Assembly: GCA_048882505.1 (NCBI GenBank)
Contig: JBHLRO010000001.1
Span: forward strand, 420,001-452,000
Direction of reading: 5' to 3'
DNA from: Candidatus Thorarchaeota archaeon
GTDB taxonomy: Archaea; Asgardarchaeota; Heimdallarchaeia; Hodarchaeales; Hodarchaeaceae
DNA: 32,000 nucleotides
Shown: positions 8,135 through 17,503 of the stretch, piece after piece
How the letters are laid out: every line of letters begins with the position of its first letter
Numbering within the stretch: the first letter of the stretch is position 1
Notes under the pieces: generated by a model
The model's input: only the letters and a program-made list of their open reading frames with translations
What the model was told of the DNA's origin: nothing
Database searches by the model: none
Translations under genes and position numbers: made by a program

Positions 8135-8344
8135 CGTAAAAAAGCAGAATGGTTTTTTCAGAATGGATTTTTATTCATTGTTTATGTTTTCGAGAACAAC
8201 AGGTCGAATGAAACCCGAAAACATTTTTTAATATGCTTAATTTAATTATATATAAGTTTGTGCCTAATAAGGCTGGTCAAAATCATTGATCCAGTATGAG
8301 GCCGCTTTGTCATTCGATATAAGAGACAACGTTCGCCCTTTTTA

Positions 8345-8992
8345 TTGTTTGAGGACATAAGGTTAATGAATCAGCCACCTGAAACCATAGTCTTTACAAA
8401 ATTTAATATTCTTACTGATTTCGGCGGCTATTTCACTCTCAATATCCCGATCTTTTGCCAAAAGTGTGGGAAATGCTGTAAGGAGACCTCCTTTCCTGAT
8501 CCAGACAATCTTGAGCATTATCTACAAATATGTAGATCACAGGTAACATCTGTGAAATGCACAAACATGGCGATTTCAAATATAGATTACCTGTCCAAAA
8601 TGCAGATACCGCCCTGTGTTTTTCTAAAGGATAACTCGTGCCTTATTTACAATGATAGACCTGATTACTGCAAAGAATGGTTCCCTAGAAGATCCAATAG
8701 GTGTAAGGCATTAGATCTTCATACGAAAATGTGTGTGAAAATACTTAAAGGACGAAGATACCAGGTAGGCATTCGAGAGGTAATTTGTGTCGGAGAGGGT
8801 GGCCTTTCAACGATCTATCCTCACGTTTTAAGCCTGGACCATATTTCAAAAGAGGTATTACCAGGCTATCAATCAGGGTCATATGAAGAACTTGCTAGAT
8901 TATGGAAGATATTCCTCACATTTGAAACAACCGACTCTGAAGAACAAATCTTTCTTGCGCTTAATCCAAGCATTAAAAGCGTCATTAACTGA
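8345..8992 (+). CDS. YkgJ family cysteine-cluster (CxxCxxCC) putative Zn/Fe-S protein
   Basis: FCQKCGKCC ... CVFLKDNSCLIYNDRPDYCKEW. The start is either the TTG at 8345 or the next in-frame ATG. Confidence 0.8.
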   Translation: MFEDIRLMNQPPETIVFTKFNILTDFGGYFTLNIPIFCQKCGKCCKETSFPDPDNLEHYLQICRSQVTSVKCTNMAISNIDYLSKMQIPPCVFLKDNSCLIYNDRPDYCKEWFPRRSNRCKALDLHTKMCVKILKGRRYQVGIREVICVGEGGLSTIYPHVLSLDHISKEVLPGYQSGSYEELARLWKIFLTFETTDSEEQIFLALNPSIKSVIN

Positions 8993-9020
8993 TTCTCCAA
9001 GGTTTGAATGGAAATATATT

Positions 9021-9398
9021 TCAGTAAACAAAATTAAATTTCATCAGTATCTCTGAAGTATCTTCATAGATTCGCCATTCAACTATGCGACCTTCCTGGA
9101 CTCGTGCAGCCCAGAATGCATGATGTTTTTCTCCTCCCTTTCTCTAGATTGCATAACCTGGAACTAAAACCAAATTTTCCTTTTATTCGATTCTGGGGAA
9201 GTAATTACGATAATCAGCGAATTCTGTAAAGAATAGTTTCCTTCTTTTCACCATCTCCTCTTTGGGGGTGGTAATTTCGTTTTTACGATCGATAAACCTG
9301 TGATCTCCCGTCATTGGGTTTACCAATCCGTCAATGTCCTGATTGTTAATATATTCATTAAATAAGAGCACGATTAGTTTTGGATTCCTCTTGTTCAT
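9021..9398 (-). pseudogene. NTF2/SnoaL-like protein interrupted by two in-frame stops
   Basis: The frame reads MNKRNPKLIVLLFNEYINNQDIDGL...RIE*KENLVLVPGYAI*RKGGEKHHAFWAARVQEGRIVEWRIYEDT...*, with TAA at 9183-9185 and TAG at 9144-9146. Confidence 0.7.
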
Positions 9399-9795
9399 CT
9401 TTTTTACGCTTCCATGAGTTACTATAGGGTAACCTCCCAATATTCTGGCATTTTACTCCCTGATTGGTTCATTTCCGTCCTTTAAATTCGTCCAGTAATT
9501 GCCTGTATTGTAACTCTAATAGCAAACGCCCCTTTACATCAGAAATATTATGTAGATTGATATTTTCCAAACCTATGATCTCGATCATGCCGTCAAGATC
9601 AATCTAACGACCATCATGGTGCACGTACTCAGGCTAGCGGATTTAGTATTGGCAGATTAAAACGATTTAAACCCGAAATAGCGGAAAACCTCGTTAGAGA
9701 TCAACCGTTAGATTTCACGAGAAACCTGCAAAGTTAACTCCCGATCCAGAAATACCATCTAGGTTTGGATTCCAAAAAAAGATAAAGGGGCAGCT

Positions 9796-10698
9796 TCAAT
9801 CAAGTTTTTTCTCTAAACGATAACTTTGTTCCGTTTGAATGAAGCCCCATTCTTTTCCGGATGGTAAACGCGGAGAGTCAGGAAAGAAGGTCGTTTCAAA
9901 TCTCTTTTTACCTCGTTTAAAGGCTCTGTTCTCAAGCTCCATAAAGAGGAGCCGTTCAATCTCCTGGTGATCGCCGCTAACAGCTACGCCGCCGAAATAA
10001 GCCTTGTCATTATTCTCATCATTAGGCAAAAACATTGCATAAAAACCGACCGCTTTTCCATCTTTTTCAGCAACAACCATTGATTCGGGATCGTAATCAC
10101 TTGAATTCATAAACTGCTCATAATCTGAACCTACAAAAGGTGATTTCATTTTAGGATCATTCCGAGAAACCTCTTCTAGTACAGTAAGATCTTCCTTCCT
10201 TAGCTCTCGAAAAGTGTACCCTTCGGGAATTTCGAATTCATTAAATTCCATATCTTTATGATGAACCAGAAATTCGACCATTGTCTGAAAATCTTTGGAT
10301 TTGAAGTAGTTAAGTTGTTCAGGATATCGTGGAGATCCGAATACTCTAAGAATCGAAGTCCCTTCATCCCGGCATTTGGTCTCCATTGCTTCATAAAGTT
10401 GATCTCGGACACTGGATGGTGTACCCTCTGTTAACCACGGATAACCTACACCTCGTAAATTCAGTTCTTTATCCTTCCCAGATAAACCAGCATATCCTAC
10501 CATGCGATCGCCATCATAAGCGTAAAACATACGACTTTGGTCAAAGGTCTCTCTCTGGAATCTTCTAACGGTATCTTCAACCTTTGCAGGTTCAAATTCG
10601 GGTAATCCTGAAGTTGCATCATTGAATATCTTAGTTTGCCCTTCAGCTAATTCTTCTAATCGATCAGGATCAAATCCTTTAATTTCAATCGGTGACAT
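9796..10698 (-). CDS. Tandem GNAT N-acetyltransferase
   Basis: Two GNAT-like repeats (MFYAYDGDRMVGYAGL; MVVAEKDGKAVGFYAM...GGVAVSGDHQ). The ATG at 10698 has a GAGG SD. Confidence 0.75.
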   Translation of the reverse strand: MSPIEIKGFDPDRLEELAEGQTKIFNDATSGLPEFEPAKVEDTVRRFQRETFDQSRMFYAYDGDRMVGYAGLSGKDKELNLRGVGYPWLTEGTPSSVRDQLYEAMETKCRDEGTSILRVFGSPRYPEQLNYFKSKDFQTMVEFLVHHKDMEFNEFEIPEGYTFRELRKEDLTVLEEVSRNDPKMKSPFVGSDYEQFMNSSDYDPESMVVAEKDGKAVGFYAMFLPNDENNDKAYFGGVAVSGDHQEIERLLFMELENRAFKRGKKRFETTFFPDSPRLPSGKEWGFIQTEQSYRLEKKLD

Positions 10699-10795
10699 CG
10701 ACTTTCCTCTTGTTTTTGAAATCCATCTGTAACTAGGATTAAAACAAAAGCGATCCGATTCTGGCAATCATCGCTATCATTCGTGAACCATTAGA

Positions 10796-12076
10796 TTACT
10801 CGGGCTCTTTTTTCATTTTCACAACCATCTGAAAATTCTGAGCCAAAGAATCGTAGAAATCGATTAAAGTTTCAAGGTCATCAGCCATGAGGGATCCCCC
10901 GCGTCCAATTTCCCCAATTCGACGGAGCATAAGTCGATCGGCTTCACCTAAGCCAATCGCGTACAGAACCGCCTCAGGCAATTGAGTTACGCGATCTCGG
11001 ACAACAGGGATAGGATTCACCCCCAAGCCATTTCCTTTGTTGGGATTCCCATCAGTCAGCACAATTATCATTGTCGGATTCTTCTTATTGATCGCCGGAT
11101 TAATTCCGAATTCTTCGATGCTTTGGTATGCTTGGTCTAAGGCTCCTGATAAAAACGTCAATCCAGTACTTTCCTCAGTTTTTTGAACTACGTGGTTAAT
11201 GATACTCTCTATTCCTGCTTTCTTCGTTTCTCCGACACACGAAATTACGGGAGAGTCTCCCAAAACATATTTTTCAACCTCACCAGAGAAAGTAAGAAGC
11301 TGAACCTGCTCTCCCCAGCCCTTGGCGATTTTTAAAGACATAAACAACATTATTGCCATAGCAGCCGCATCAACACGACTTACATTTTTTCCATCCTCAA
11401 ACTTATTCATAAAGGCAATCAGATCTTTAGATTCCTCCAATCCTTTACGTAGTCCTTCCAACGCGCCACTGATGTTTTTAACCTTCATGTCTTTCTTCTG
11501 CATACTTCCAGACACGTCAAGTACAAGGACTGCGTTAAAACTCATTTCTGTATACGGTTGAATGTTGATTTCAATTTCTCTTCCAGTTGGATCCACAATC
11601 CCAATATCGCCTTCTGCAATTGGGGGAGCGGCGCCCATAAACCTAACAGTTATACTCCCAATAGGACAATCCTCCCAAGCTATTTGCAAACCACCAAAAA
11701 CGGGACGATTACGTAGAATATTGGATAATTGTTCAAATTCAGTAGCGATCCAGAGAAGGACCTCCTCTACCTCTTGGCCAGCCAATGGTTCGATGCCTAG
11801 CTGTATAGATTTGATGCCTGCGGCCATTGGAGCTTTTTCTACTTCAACCGAGTCTCCATCGGAAATGTTCGCTGAGCTTAGGACACTGTCATCAACCGCG
11901 ATGGTACCTAATTCAACCTCATCACTCGAAAGAATCTGTGCAGCACCCCAGTCCTCCCATTCTGATGTAAGTTTCACATAATCAAATTCCTCTATTCCAA
12001 CATTTGAAATGTCTTGGGGATGCATGTATGCTCGGCCCTCAATATTACCCACATTAACTACGTTAAGTTTAACCAT
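10796..12076 (-). CDS. CDC48/p97 N-domain-like (double-psi barrel) + von Willebrand factor A fusion protein
   Basis: The N-terminus GRAYMHPQDISNVGIEEFDYVKL...GTIAVDDSVLSSANISDGDSVEVEK resembles CDC48_N. vWA MIDAS motifs VLVLDVSGSM, TFLSGAL and IIVLTDG. GGTGA SD. Confidence 0.75.
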   Translation of the reverse strand: MVKLNVVNVGNIEGRAYMHPQDISNVGIEEFDYVKLTSEWEDWGAAQILSSDEVELGTIAVDDSVLSSANISDGDSVEVEKAPMAAGIKSIQLGIEPLAGQEVEEVLLWIATEFEQLSNILRNRPVFGGLQIAWEDCPIGSITVRFMGAAPPIAEGDIGIVDPTGREIEINIQPYTEMSFNAVLVLDVSGSMQKKDMKVKNISGALEGLRKGLEESKDLIAFMNKFEDGKNVSRVDAAAMAIMLFMSLKIAKGWGEQVQLLTFSGEVEKYVLGDSPVISCVGETKKAGIESIINHVVQKTEESTGLTFLSGALDQAYQSIEEFGINPAINKKNPTMIIVLTDGNPNKGNGLGVNPIPVVRDRVTQLPEAVLYAIGLGEADRLMLRRIGEIGRGGSLMADDLETLIDFYDSLAQNFQMVVKMKKEPE

Positions 12077-12189
12077 TCAAATCACCGCTTTTCAATAGAA
12101 TACTAATTTTATCGCTTTGGTTTTTCGATTTTTAAGATATTAGTTACATTTCCTTGTTATCAGATTTGAAAAGACTCGACTTTGGATCC

Positions 12190-15129
12190 TTATATCCATC
12201 TTTTTCTCTTTGATTTCATCCCATGCACCCCTATTGGTTCTGATATAAGCTCAAAAGGAATCAGGCCGTACTGGTTTCGTATTTCAGAAAAAAAGTACAA
12301 ATAACCACACTTTCTAGGAGTTTTAAACTTAATATTTGGGACTCTGAATTCATCTCCTCTATCAATTCTATTGAGCTTAAAATCAGCGAGTTTCTTTGTT
12401 TGCCCAGTTGGAAAAGAATCGACATAAATGGTTACTGTTGCCGGTGGCATTGAACGAAGGAAATGAAAGACAAAATCGATTTCATAAGAGGTTTTTGGAA
12501 CCACACCTTTGTTTAGGCCATTTTTGGCGGAAGGATCAACGACATAATCCCAATCAACAATAACTTCATCTAGGATAGGTACTCTAATTGTTTTATAGGC
12601 CCTTGCTTTCTTAAACCGACCTATTTTGACGCGAGAAACAACGAAAAACGTCGAATGCTGAAAATTCACCAGTAAGTTTACGCTTGTCGCGAGTTCCAAT
12701 TCTTCATTCGGCTCCAAGGCAAATTTTGAAGAATAAATCGGGAAAGGATCTGATAACGTCTGAGATACAAGCATTATGCTAAACTCCCCCTTCTCAGATC
12801 GTGAAGAATTGTTTACCGCTTTATAGACACACTCTGCGGTACCATAGTTCCCGGTAAGATAGAACTCTTTTGTCTCTACTGGAATTTCATCCTTTCTATT
12901 GATTTTAAATCTTAGTTCTTTTGAAAGGAGGGATTCATTGGTTGAGGTAACAGCTGAAACTGAAATGTCAATATCACCCATTAGATCGCCTAGATTTACA
13001 ACACAAGGAATGTGGACAGATCCACGTTTTTCCAGGCGACCAATGTCAATTAGGGTTTGGAATGACGTCTGAACCACAGATTCTCCCTTTTTTGCCTTGA
13101 AAGAAAAGATCACTGGGTTATTACGGAATTTATACATAACTTCTTTGATGTCTCCGAATCCCAAAGTAAAATAGCCAAAAACTTCATTCCCAGAAATCTG
13201 GGGGGGGAAACTCAGCGAGATGTTTCTCGGCTTGGGAATAAACAATTTGCGTTCTTTTTCCAGATGCTTCTTGAAAAACTCCCTCCTTTTCTTTTCAACA
13301 GTAGAACGTCTTGTACGCATTGCACTAGCAATTCTAGATTCAATTTTTTGATATTTTGGCTCAACAGATATCGAGGGTGAGAGGATTTGAAGATCATCTA
13401 TGTCGTCAAAGGCAGAAAATATTACTTCTTTCTCGGGGATAACCTCTGCTTTCTCTTTATCTATAACAGCAGGAATTGGTGGCTCGGGTGTTATTTCTGG
13501 CACTACTGGAGTGATCTTTGGGGTTCCTAGAGTAGTAGCGATCGGAGAAGGGGGTGAGATAGGTCTGGGTTTTTTTCTTTCTACGGGCTTTTCTGCAGGT
13601 TTTCTTTTCGGAGAACCTTTTTTTCTTGTTCCTTTATCAGGTTTCGTTCTACTTAATTGACGGCTCGTTAAATCATTTTTTAGCGATTTTTGAAGGGCAG
13701 ATCTTGGTTTCGAAACCCCGTCTTTCATTTGACCTTCCTTGGGTTCTAGGCGCGAAAAATCTTCATAAGGAGTTAGAGGATAGGTATTTGCAGGTTTATA
13801 ATACAAATCTGGGAGAAATGAAACTTTTCCTCCTTCCCTTTCATATAGATAAAGAAGGTACTCAGCTATTGTGATTGGAGGAGCGAATTCTTTTGAACCC
13901 AAGGCTGGGATTAACAAGGGCGCAGTATATGCTGGCCCAAAAGCTTGAAGTTCATCCTTTACGTACATTAACAATGAAACGAACGAATGAATAAGTTTCG
14001 ATGCTTTCTTCCCGTTCAGCATATCCCAATTATAATATTGAGCAAACTCCGGATCCAGTTTAGGGTCTCCATTAAACTGAGCTAGCAGCCCAAACTGGAC
14101 CGCCTTGCGACGACAATCGTATAGAACAGGGGAGGAGACAGCTGGTATAATTTGGGATTGCTCTGTCAGACTTACTGCTTTTTTTGCGATAGCTTGAATA
14201 AGTAATACAATTGCCAATCGATTTTCGGGCCATGGTTGAGCGTCAAAGAAACGTAGCTCTATGGTTGAGTAATCTGTAAACGGAAACAGATCGACCATTC
14301 TATCATCTGGTGGAGATTTTTTGACCATCCGAGAAAAATCGTCTCTAGACGCGTTGACATCCAAAACTGGGAGATAGTTTGGAATATTTGGTCCCATTTG
14401 ACCAGAGTTCTTCAGTAATCTATAGGAGTGAGTACACCTTCCTATAATTTGTTTCCGTTCCATTCTACCATTTGAGTTTCGAATTAACACCTTTCCGCCT
14501 ATTGTTTGGTTAAGAAATGGAGACGATGCACTTATCGCAATCATATGAGGAATAAAATTCCTTAACAGATTGTATACTGGAATAAGGAGATGTTTTGGTA
14601 TACCGATATGATGATGTTCTCCGCAAGTAAGTCCTGAGCGAACACGTTTTTCCGTAGGATTCAAGCCAATGGGGAGTAATGCAACATCTGGGGTATTTTT
14701 AAGTCCGTAAAGAGCCGCCGAATATAAAGTTTCAACCCACCACTCCATTTCCTCCAAGTATTGACAAGGAGGAGTCACCAATTCAAGCAACCAAGTTATT
14801 TGGCCAATATTTGGGTCAGGTCCGAAAACGTTGATTGGGATATTCTTCTTATCAACCCTATAGTTTATAAAGACGAATTTTAACCTTCTTTCTCGTTTCA
14901 GCTCCTCCCTCACCTCCACTTTAACTATCCTCTTTGCAATTTCCTTAGGGGTTTTTTTATCCTTGGATATTCTTTTCAGGTATTCAGCAGCTCCCTCAAA
15001 CATCTTCTCCCATGCCTGTATTAGATTCTCCCCCACCAAAACCTCTCCATCAGCTTTTCGAGACACTAGATGATTCTCTATCTCAATTCCATGAGTGAAA
15101 TAGAGTCTAGTTGAGAGAGTTGTTGTCAT
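12190..15129 (-). CDS. Glutamate-cysteine ligase family 2 (GCS2/YbdK-like) carboxylate-amine ligase with Lys/Pro-rich linker and large beta-rich C-terminal extension
   Basis: Motifs FTHGIEIENHLV, LELVTPP, CGEHHHIG, IAISASSPF and TIELRFFDAQ follow GCS2-family order in roughly the first 320 aa. About 500 extra C-terminal residues follow the catalytic region. Confidence 0.8.
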   Translation of the reverse strand: MTTTLSTRLYFTHGIEIENHLVSRKADGEVLVGENLIQAWEKMFEGAAEYLKRISKDKKTPKEIAKRIVKVEVREELKRERRLKFVFINYRVDKKNIPINVFGPDPNIGQITWLLELVTPPCQYLEEMEWWVETLYSAALYGLKNTPDVALLPIGLNPTEKRVRSGLTCGEHHHIGIPKHLLIPVYNLLRNFIPHMIAISASSPFLNQTIGGKVLIRNSNGRMERKQIIGRCTHSYRLLKNSGQMGPNIPNYLPVLDVNASRDDFSRMVKKSPPDDRMVDLFPFTDYSTIELRFFDAQPWPENRLAIVLLIQAIAKKAVSLTEQSQIIPAVSSPVLYDCRRKAVQFGLLAQFNGDPKLDPEFAQYYNWDMLNGKKASKLIHSFVSLLMYVKDELQAFGPAYTAPLLIPALGSKEFAPPITIAEYLLYLYEREGGKVSFLPDLYYKPANTYPLTPYEDFSRLEPKEGQMKDGVSKPRSALQKSLKNDLTSRQLSRTKPDKGTRKKGSPKRKPAEKPVERKKPRPISPPSPIATTLGTPKITPVVPEITPEPPIPAVIDKEKAEVIPEKEVIFSAFDDIDDLQILSPSISVEPKYQKIESRIASAMRTRRSTVEKKRREFFKKHLEKERKLFIPKPRNISLSFPPQISGNEVFGYFTLGFGDIKEVMYKFRNNPVIFSFKAKKGESVVQTSFQTLIDIGRLEKRGSVHIPCVVNLGDLMGDIDISVSAVTSTNESLLSKELRFKINRKDEIPVETKEFYLTGNYGTAECVYKAVNNSSRSEKGEFSIMLVSQTLSDPFPIYSSKFALEPNEELELATSVNLLVNFQHSTFFVVSRVKIGRFKKARAYKTIRVPILDEVIVDWDYVVDPSAKNGLNKGVVPKTSYEIDFVFHFLRSMPPATVTIYVDSFPTGQTKKLADFKLNRIDRGDEFRVPNIKFKTPRKCGYLYFFSEIRNQYGLIPFELISEPIGVHGMKSKRKRWI

Positions 15130-16574
15130 TGTTCATCAATAAAAAATTTGGATAAACTAGCATCAGTAAATGAATCATAACGAGAGCGCCTTCGAGCCTT
15201 GATAACCTCATTTCGACAAATAAAGTCCTGCAATTGTGGGTTCTCAAAATGGCGTGCTTTGTTCGCTTCGAAAGTTGTTGCGTTTTTGATAGCTGAAAAT
15301 ATAACATTTTGCTCATGCCTTCGTTTCAGAATTTTGAACGATTTTTTCATCCCCGACCTTCCAATTGTAACTATTTGTACAAAACCAGGCAATTCATCAG
15401 GAAATCCCATTTCTATTGTGGCATAACAATTATCTTTTGACATGTGTTTGTTCAAAACGGAGTATATGGAAGAAAAATCAGAGGTTAACCTGGGATTCCT
15501 ATCTAAATTTGATTTCGGAGAAGAGATTTTTTTATAGGACGCTGAGGGAATGATTCGCAGTGCATTCCCGCCAAGAATTAGGGCAGCAGCATTCAATAGA
15601 TCAATGGTTGTTTTATTCTCTTGAAAAAGCTGACTGAATTTCTTAGAGAGGAGAAAAGTAATAAAATCGGCAGCCTGGAGTACACTGAAGTAATTATGAT
15701 CACTTCCAAAGACAATCTTGGAATACCAATTTTCTATTTGCATAACATTACGAAAAAAGATTTCAACGTCTTTTCCTCGCATTCCAGATGTCTCCACCAA
15801 CATTTCCTGGTTATTAAGACATTCAAAGACTTCAGGGGAGCTATAATCAAAAGCTGAATGTCCCAATACCACATATATCGGATATTCAACCTCTTTTCGA
15901 GCGATATCAGATACATATGTTATATCTTGAGCTACTTTCTTATTAGGGACGTCGAAAATGGTCGGTATCCCTAGGTCGCCAGCAGCCTTCAGTATTTCTT
16001 TGGTCTCGGCACTCGTTATTTCCTCAATCCAGCCTTGTGACATAGGATGTAGCTTTAAACCCCGCATTCCTTGTCTAATTGATTCTCTTACCTCGTTTTC
16101 GGATCCCTTATCTCTCGGATCTACCCTACAAAATGGAATGAACCGAAAAGAATAATCCATGGAAAAAATTTGGGAACGTACATATCTGTTACTCTTTATA
16201 AATTTCGGCTCAGTAGATTTATGGAATATGTCATTGAATGGAAACGAAACGACATGATCTACCAGCCAGCCGCGTGTCTTTCCCTTTTTGATATCCAATA
16301 GATCCTTGACGAATGGATAAAGAGGCTTTGCACATTCGGTTTCGGGGGGTAACGTTATATAATAGGCGTCTGGGTCCTGCTCTATTCTTTTATGAATCTC
16401 AAACTGGAGTTTGGAATAGAGGGCAAGAATGTCCTTGGGATTGTTAACCCTTTGAGAGGTTCCAGATGTTGTCTGAATTCGCACTTTCCCTATATGAGTG
16501 TGAAAATCTACCAAAGGGAGAAAATTTTTCTTATCGTCTTCATCCAAAACAACTAACACGAATAACACTCTCAT
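15126..16574 (-). CDS. Metal-dependent amidohydrolase (TIM-barrel, Amidohydro_2-like) with C-terminal extension
   Basis: VDFHTHIG, GLKLHP, VLGHSA, VETS, IVFGSDH, GGNALRI. ATGA overlaps at both ends. Confidence 0.85.
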   Translation of the reverse strand: MRVLFVLVVLDEDDKKNFLPLVDFHTHIGKVRIQTTSGTSQRVNNPKDILALYSKLQFEIHKRIEQDPDAYYITLPPETECAKPLYPFVKDLLDIKKGKTRGWLVDHVVSFPFNDIFHKSTEPKFIKSNRYVRSQIFSMDYSFRFIPFCRVDPRDKGSENEVRESIRQGMRGLKLHPMSQGWIEEITSAETKEILKAAGDLGIPTIFDVPNKKVAQDITYVSDIARKEVEYPIYVVLGHSAFDYSSPEVFECLNNQEMLVETSGMRGKDVEIFFRNVMQIENWYSKIVFGSDHNYFSVLQAADFITFLLSKKFSQLFQENKTTIDLLNAAALILGGNALRIIPSASYKKISSPKSNLDRNPRLTSDFSSIYSVLNKHMSKDNCYATIEMGFPDELPGFVQIVTIGRSGMKKSFKILKRRHEQNVIFSAIKNATTFEANKARHFENPQLQDFICRNEVIKARRRSRYDSFTDASLSKFFIDEQ

Positions 16575-17482
16575 GGAAGAGTATAGAGAGTCTTGAAGAA
16601 TTTTTTTGCTTGTTCAACAAGACTGAGCCAAGGATTTTTCTCTATATCAATCCGAGAAGATAAAATCGATGGTAAAACTGATCTCTCAACAGATAAACGA
16701 CGAATAATGAATGCAAGAATTGGTAGGATATAAATCCCTAACAACGATATCCTATAATAACTTAATTTTCCGTAGGTTTCTTCAATAATATAGGGGCTTA
16801 ATTTATTGAGAGAACCTCCCACAGATTTTCCCTCAAAACGTGCAGCTAGCGCTCTCTTCGAGAATCCAGTCCCCAAACTTAAATAATCCCAAATTAAATC
16901 CTCATAGATTTTGAAAGCGAGGCTCTTTCCACTAAATGTCTTTGGGGTTTCAAAAATCAATTGCCTTGTCCGAATTTTCTGAGGATCCCTTCCAGTTAGC
17001 AGATCTGATAACACTTTATTAAGGATCTTTTCGTTAGATATCATTGTATCGACCAAGAATCGAATAGCCGATTCTTCATTGGTTATATTATCTGGCATTG
17101 ACATCTTTTCTTGAAATCTTCCTCGATCCCATTCGACTTGAAGCGGGTCAGGGGTAACAAAAGAGACTAATATGTACAAAAGTGCTAATTCACCAAGAGG
17201 GCTTATCGTGTGAAATGAAACTTTGGTGGAGCTGATTATCTGCTCTCGTTCTCTTTCTAGAATCTCCACATTAACCATCGAAGTGATATATCCCCTGACT
17301 CTGGCGGTCGTAATCCCCTGTGGGCGGCCTAGAAGCGCTGTATAAATTTCCGTGATCCCCTTAATTGTATTCTGGTCGGCACGCTGACCCAGGTAGATCG
17401 CAAGTAGACATAATGCTCGATCATAATGTTCAATAACCTGGAGAGTACCGAATAATCGCTCAAATGGATCTTCCTCTGACAT
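16571..17482 (-). CDS. Hypothetical protein, probably two winged-helix-like domains
   Basis: Two segments ending in wing-like patterns (FHTISPLGELAL; YYRISLLGIYIL). GGAGGTG SD; ATGA-coupled to the amidohydrolase. Confidence 0.55.
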   Translation of the reverse strand: MSEEDPFERLFGTLQVIEHYDRALCLLAIYLGQRADQNTIKGITEIYTALLGRPQGITTARVRGYITSMVNVEILEREREQIISSTKVSFHTISPLGELALLYILVSFVTPDPLQVEWDRGRFQEKMSMPDNITNEESAIRFLVDTMISNEKILNKVLSDLLTGRDPQKIRTRQLIFETPKTFSGKSLAFKIYEDLIWDYLSLGTGFSKRALAARFEGKSVGGSLNKLSPYIIEETYGKLSYYRISLLGIYILPILAFIIRRLSVERSVLPSILSSRIDIEKNPWLSLVEQAKKFFKTLYTLP

Positions 17483-17503
17483 TTATCTCCACCTCCTCTC
17501 GGA

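Noticed and set aside
9144-9185. Pyrrolysine or other stop-codon recoding in the NTF2-like gene
   Set aside because: One of the two stops is TAA, and other genes in the window terminate normally at TAG, TAA and TGA.
9469-9640. Short protein-like minus-strand frame (IDLDGMIEIIGLENINLHNISDVKGRLLLELQYRQLLDEFKGRK)
   Set aside because: No recognisable family or start signal; possibly a gene remnant but unsupported.
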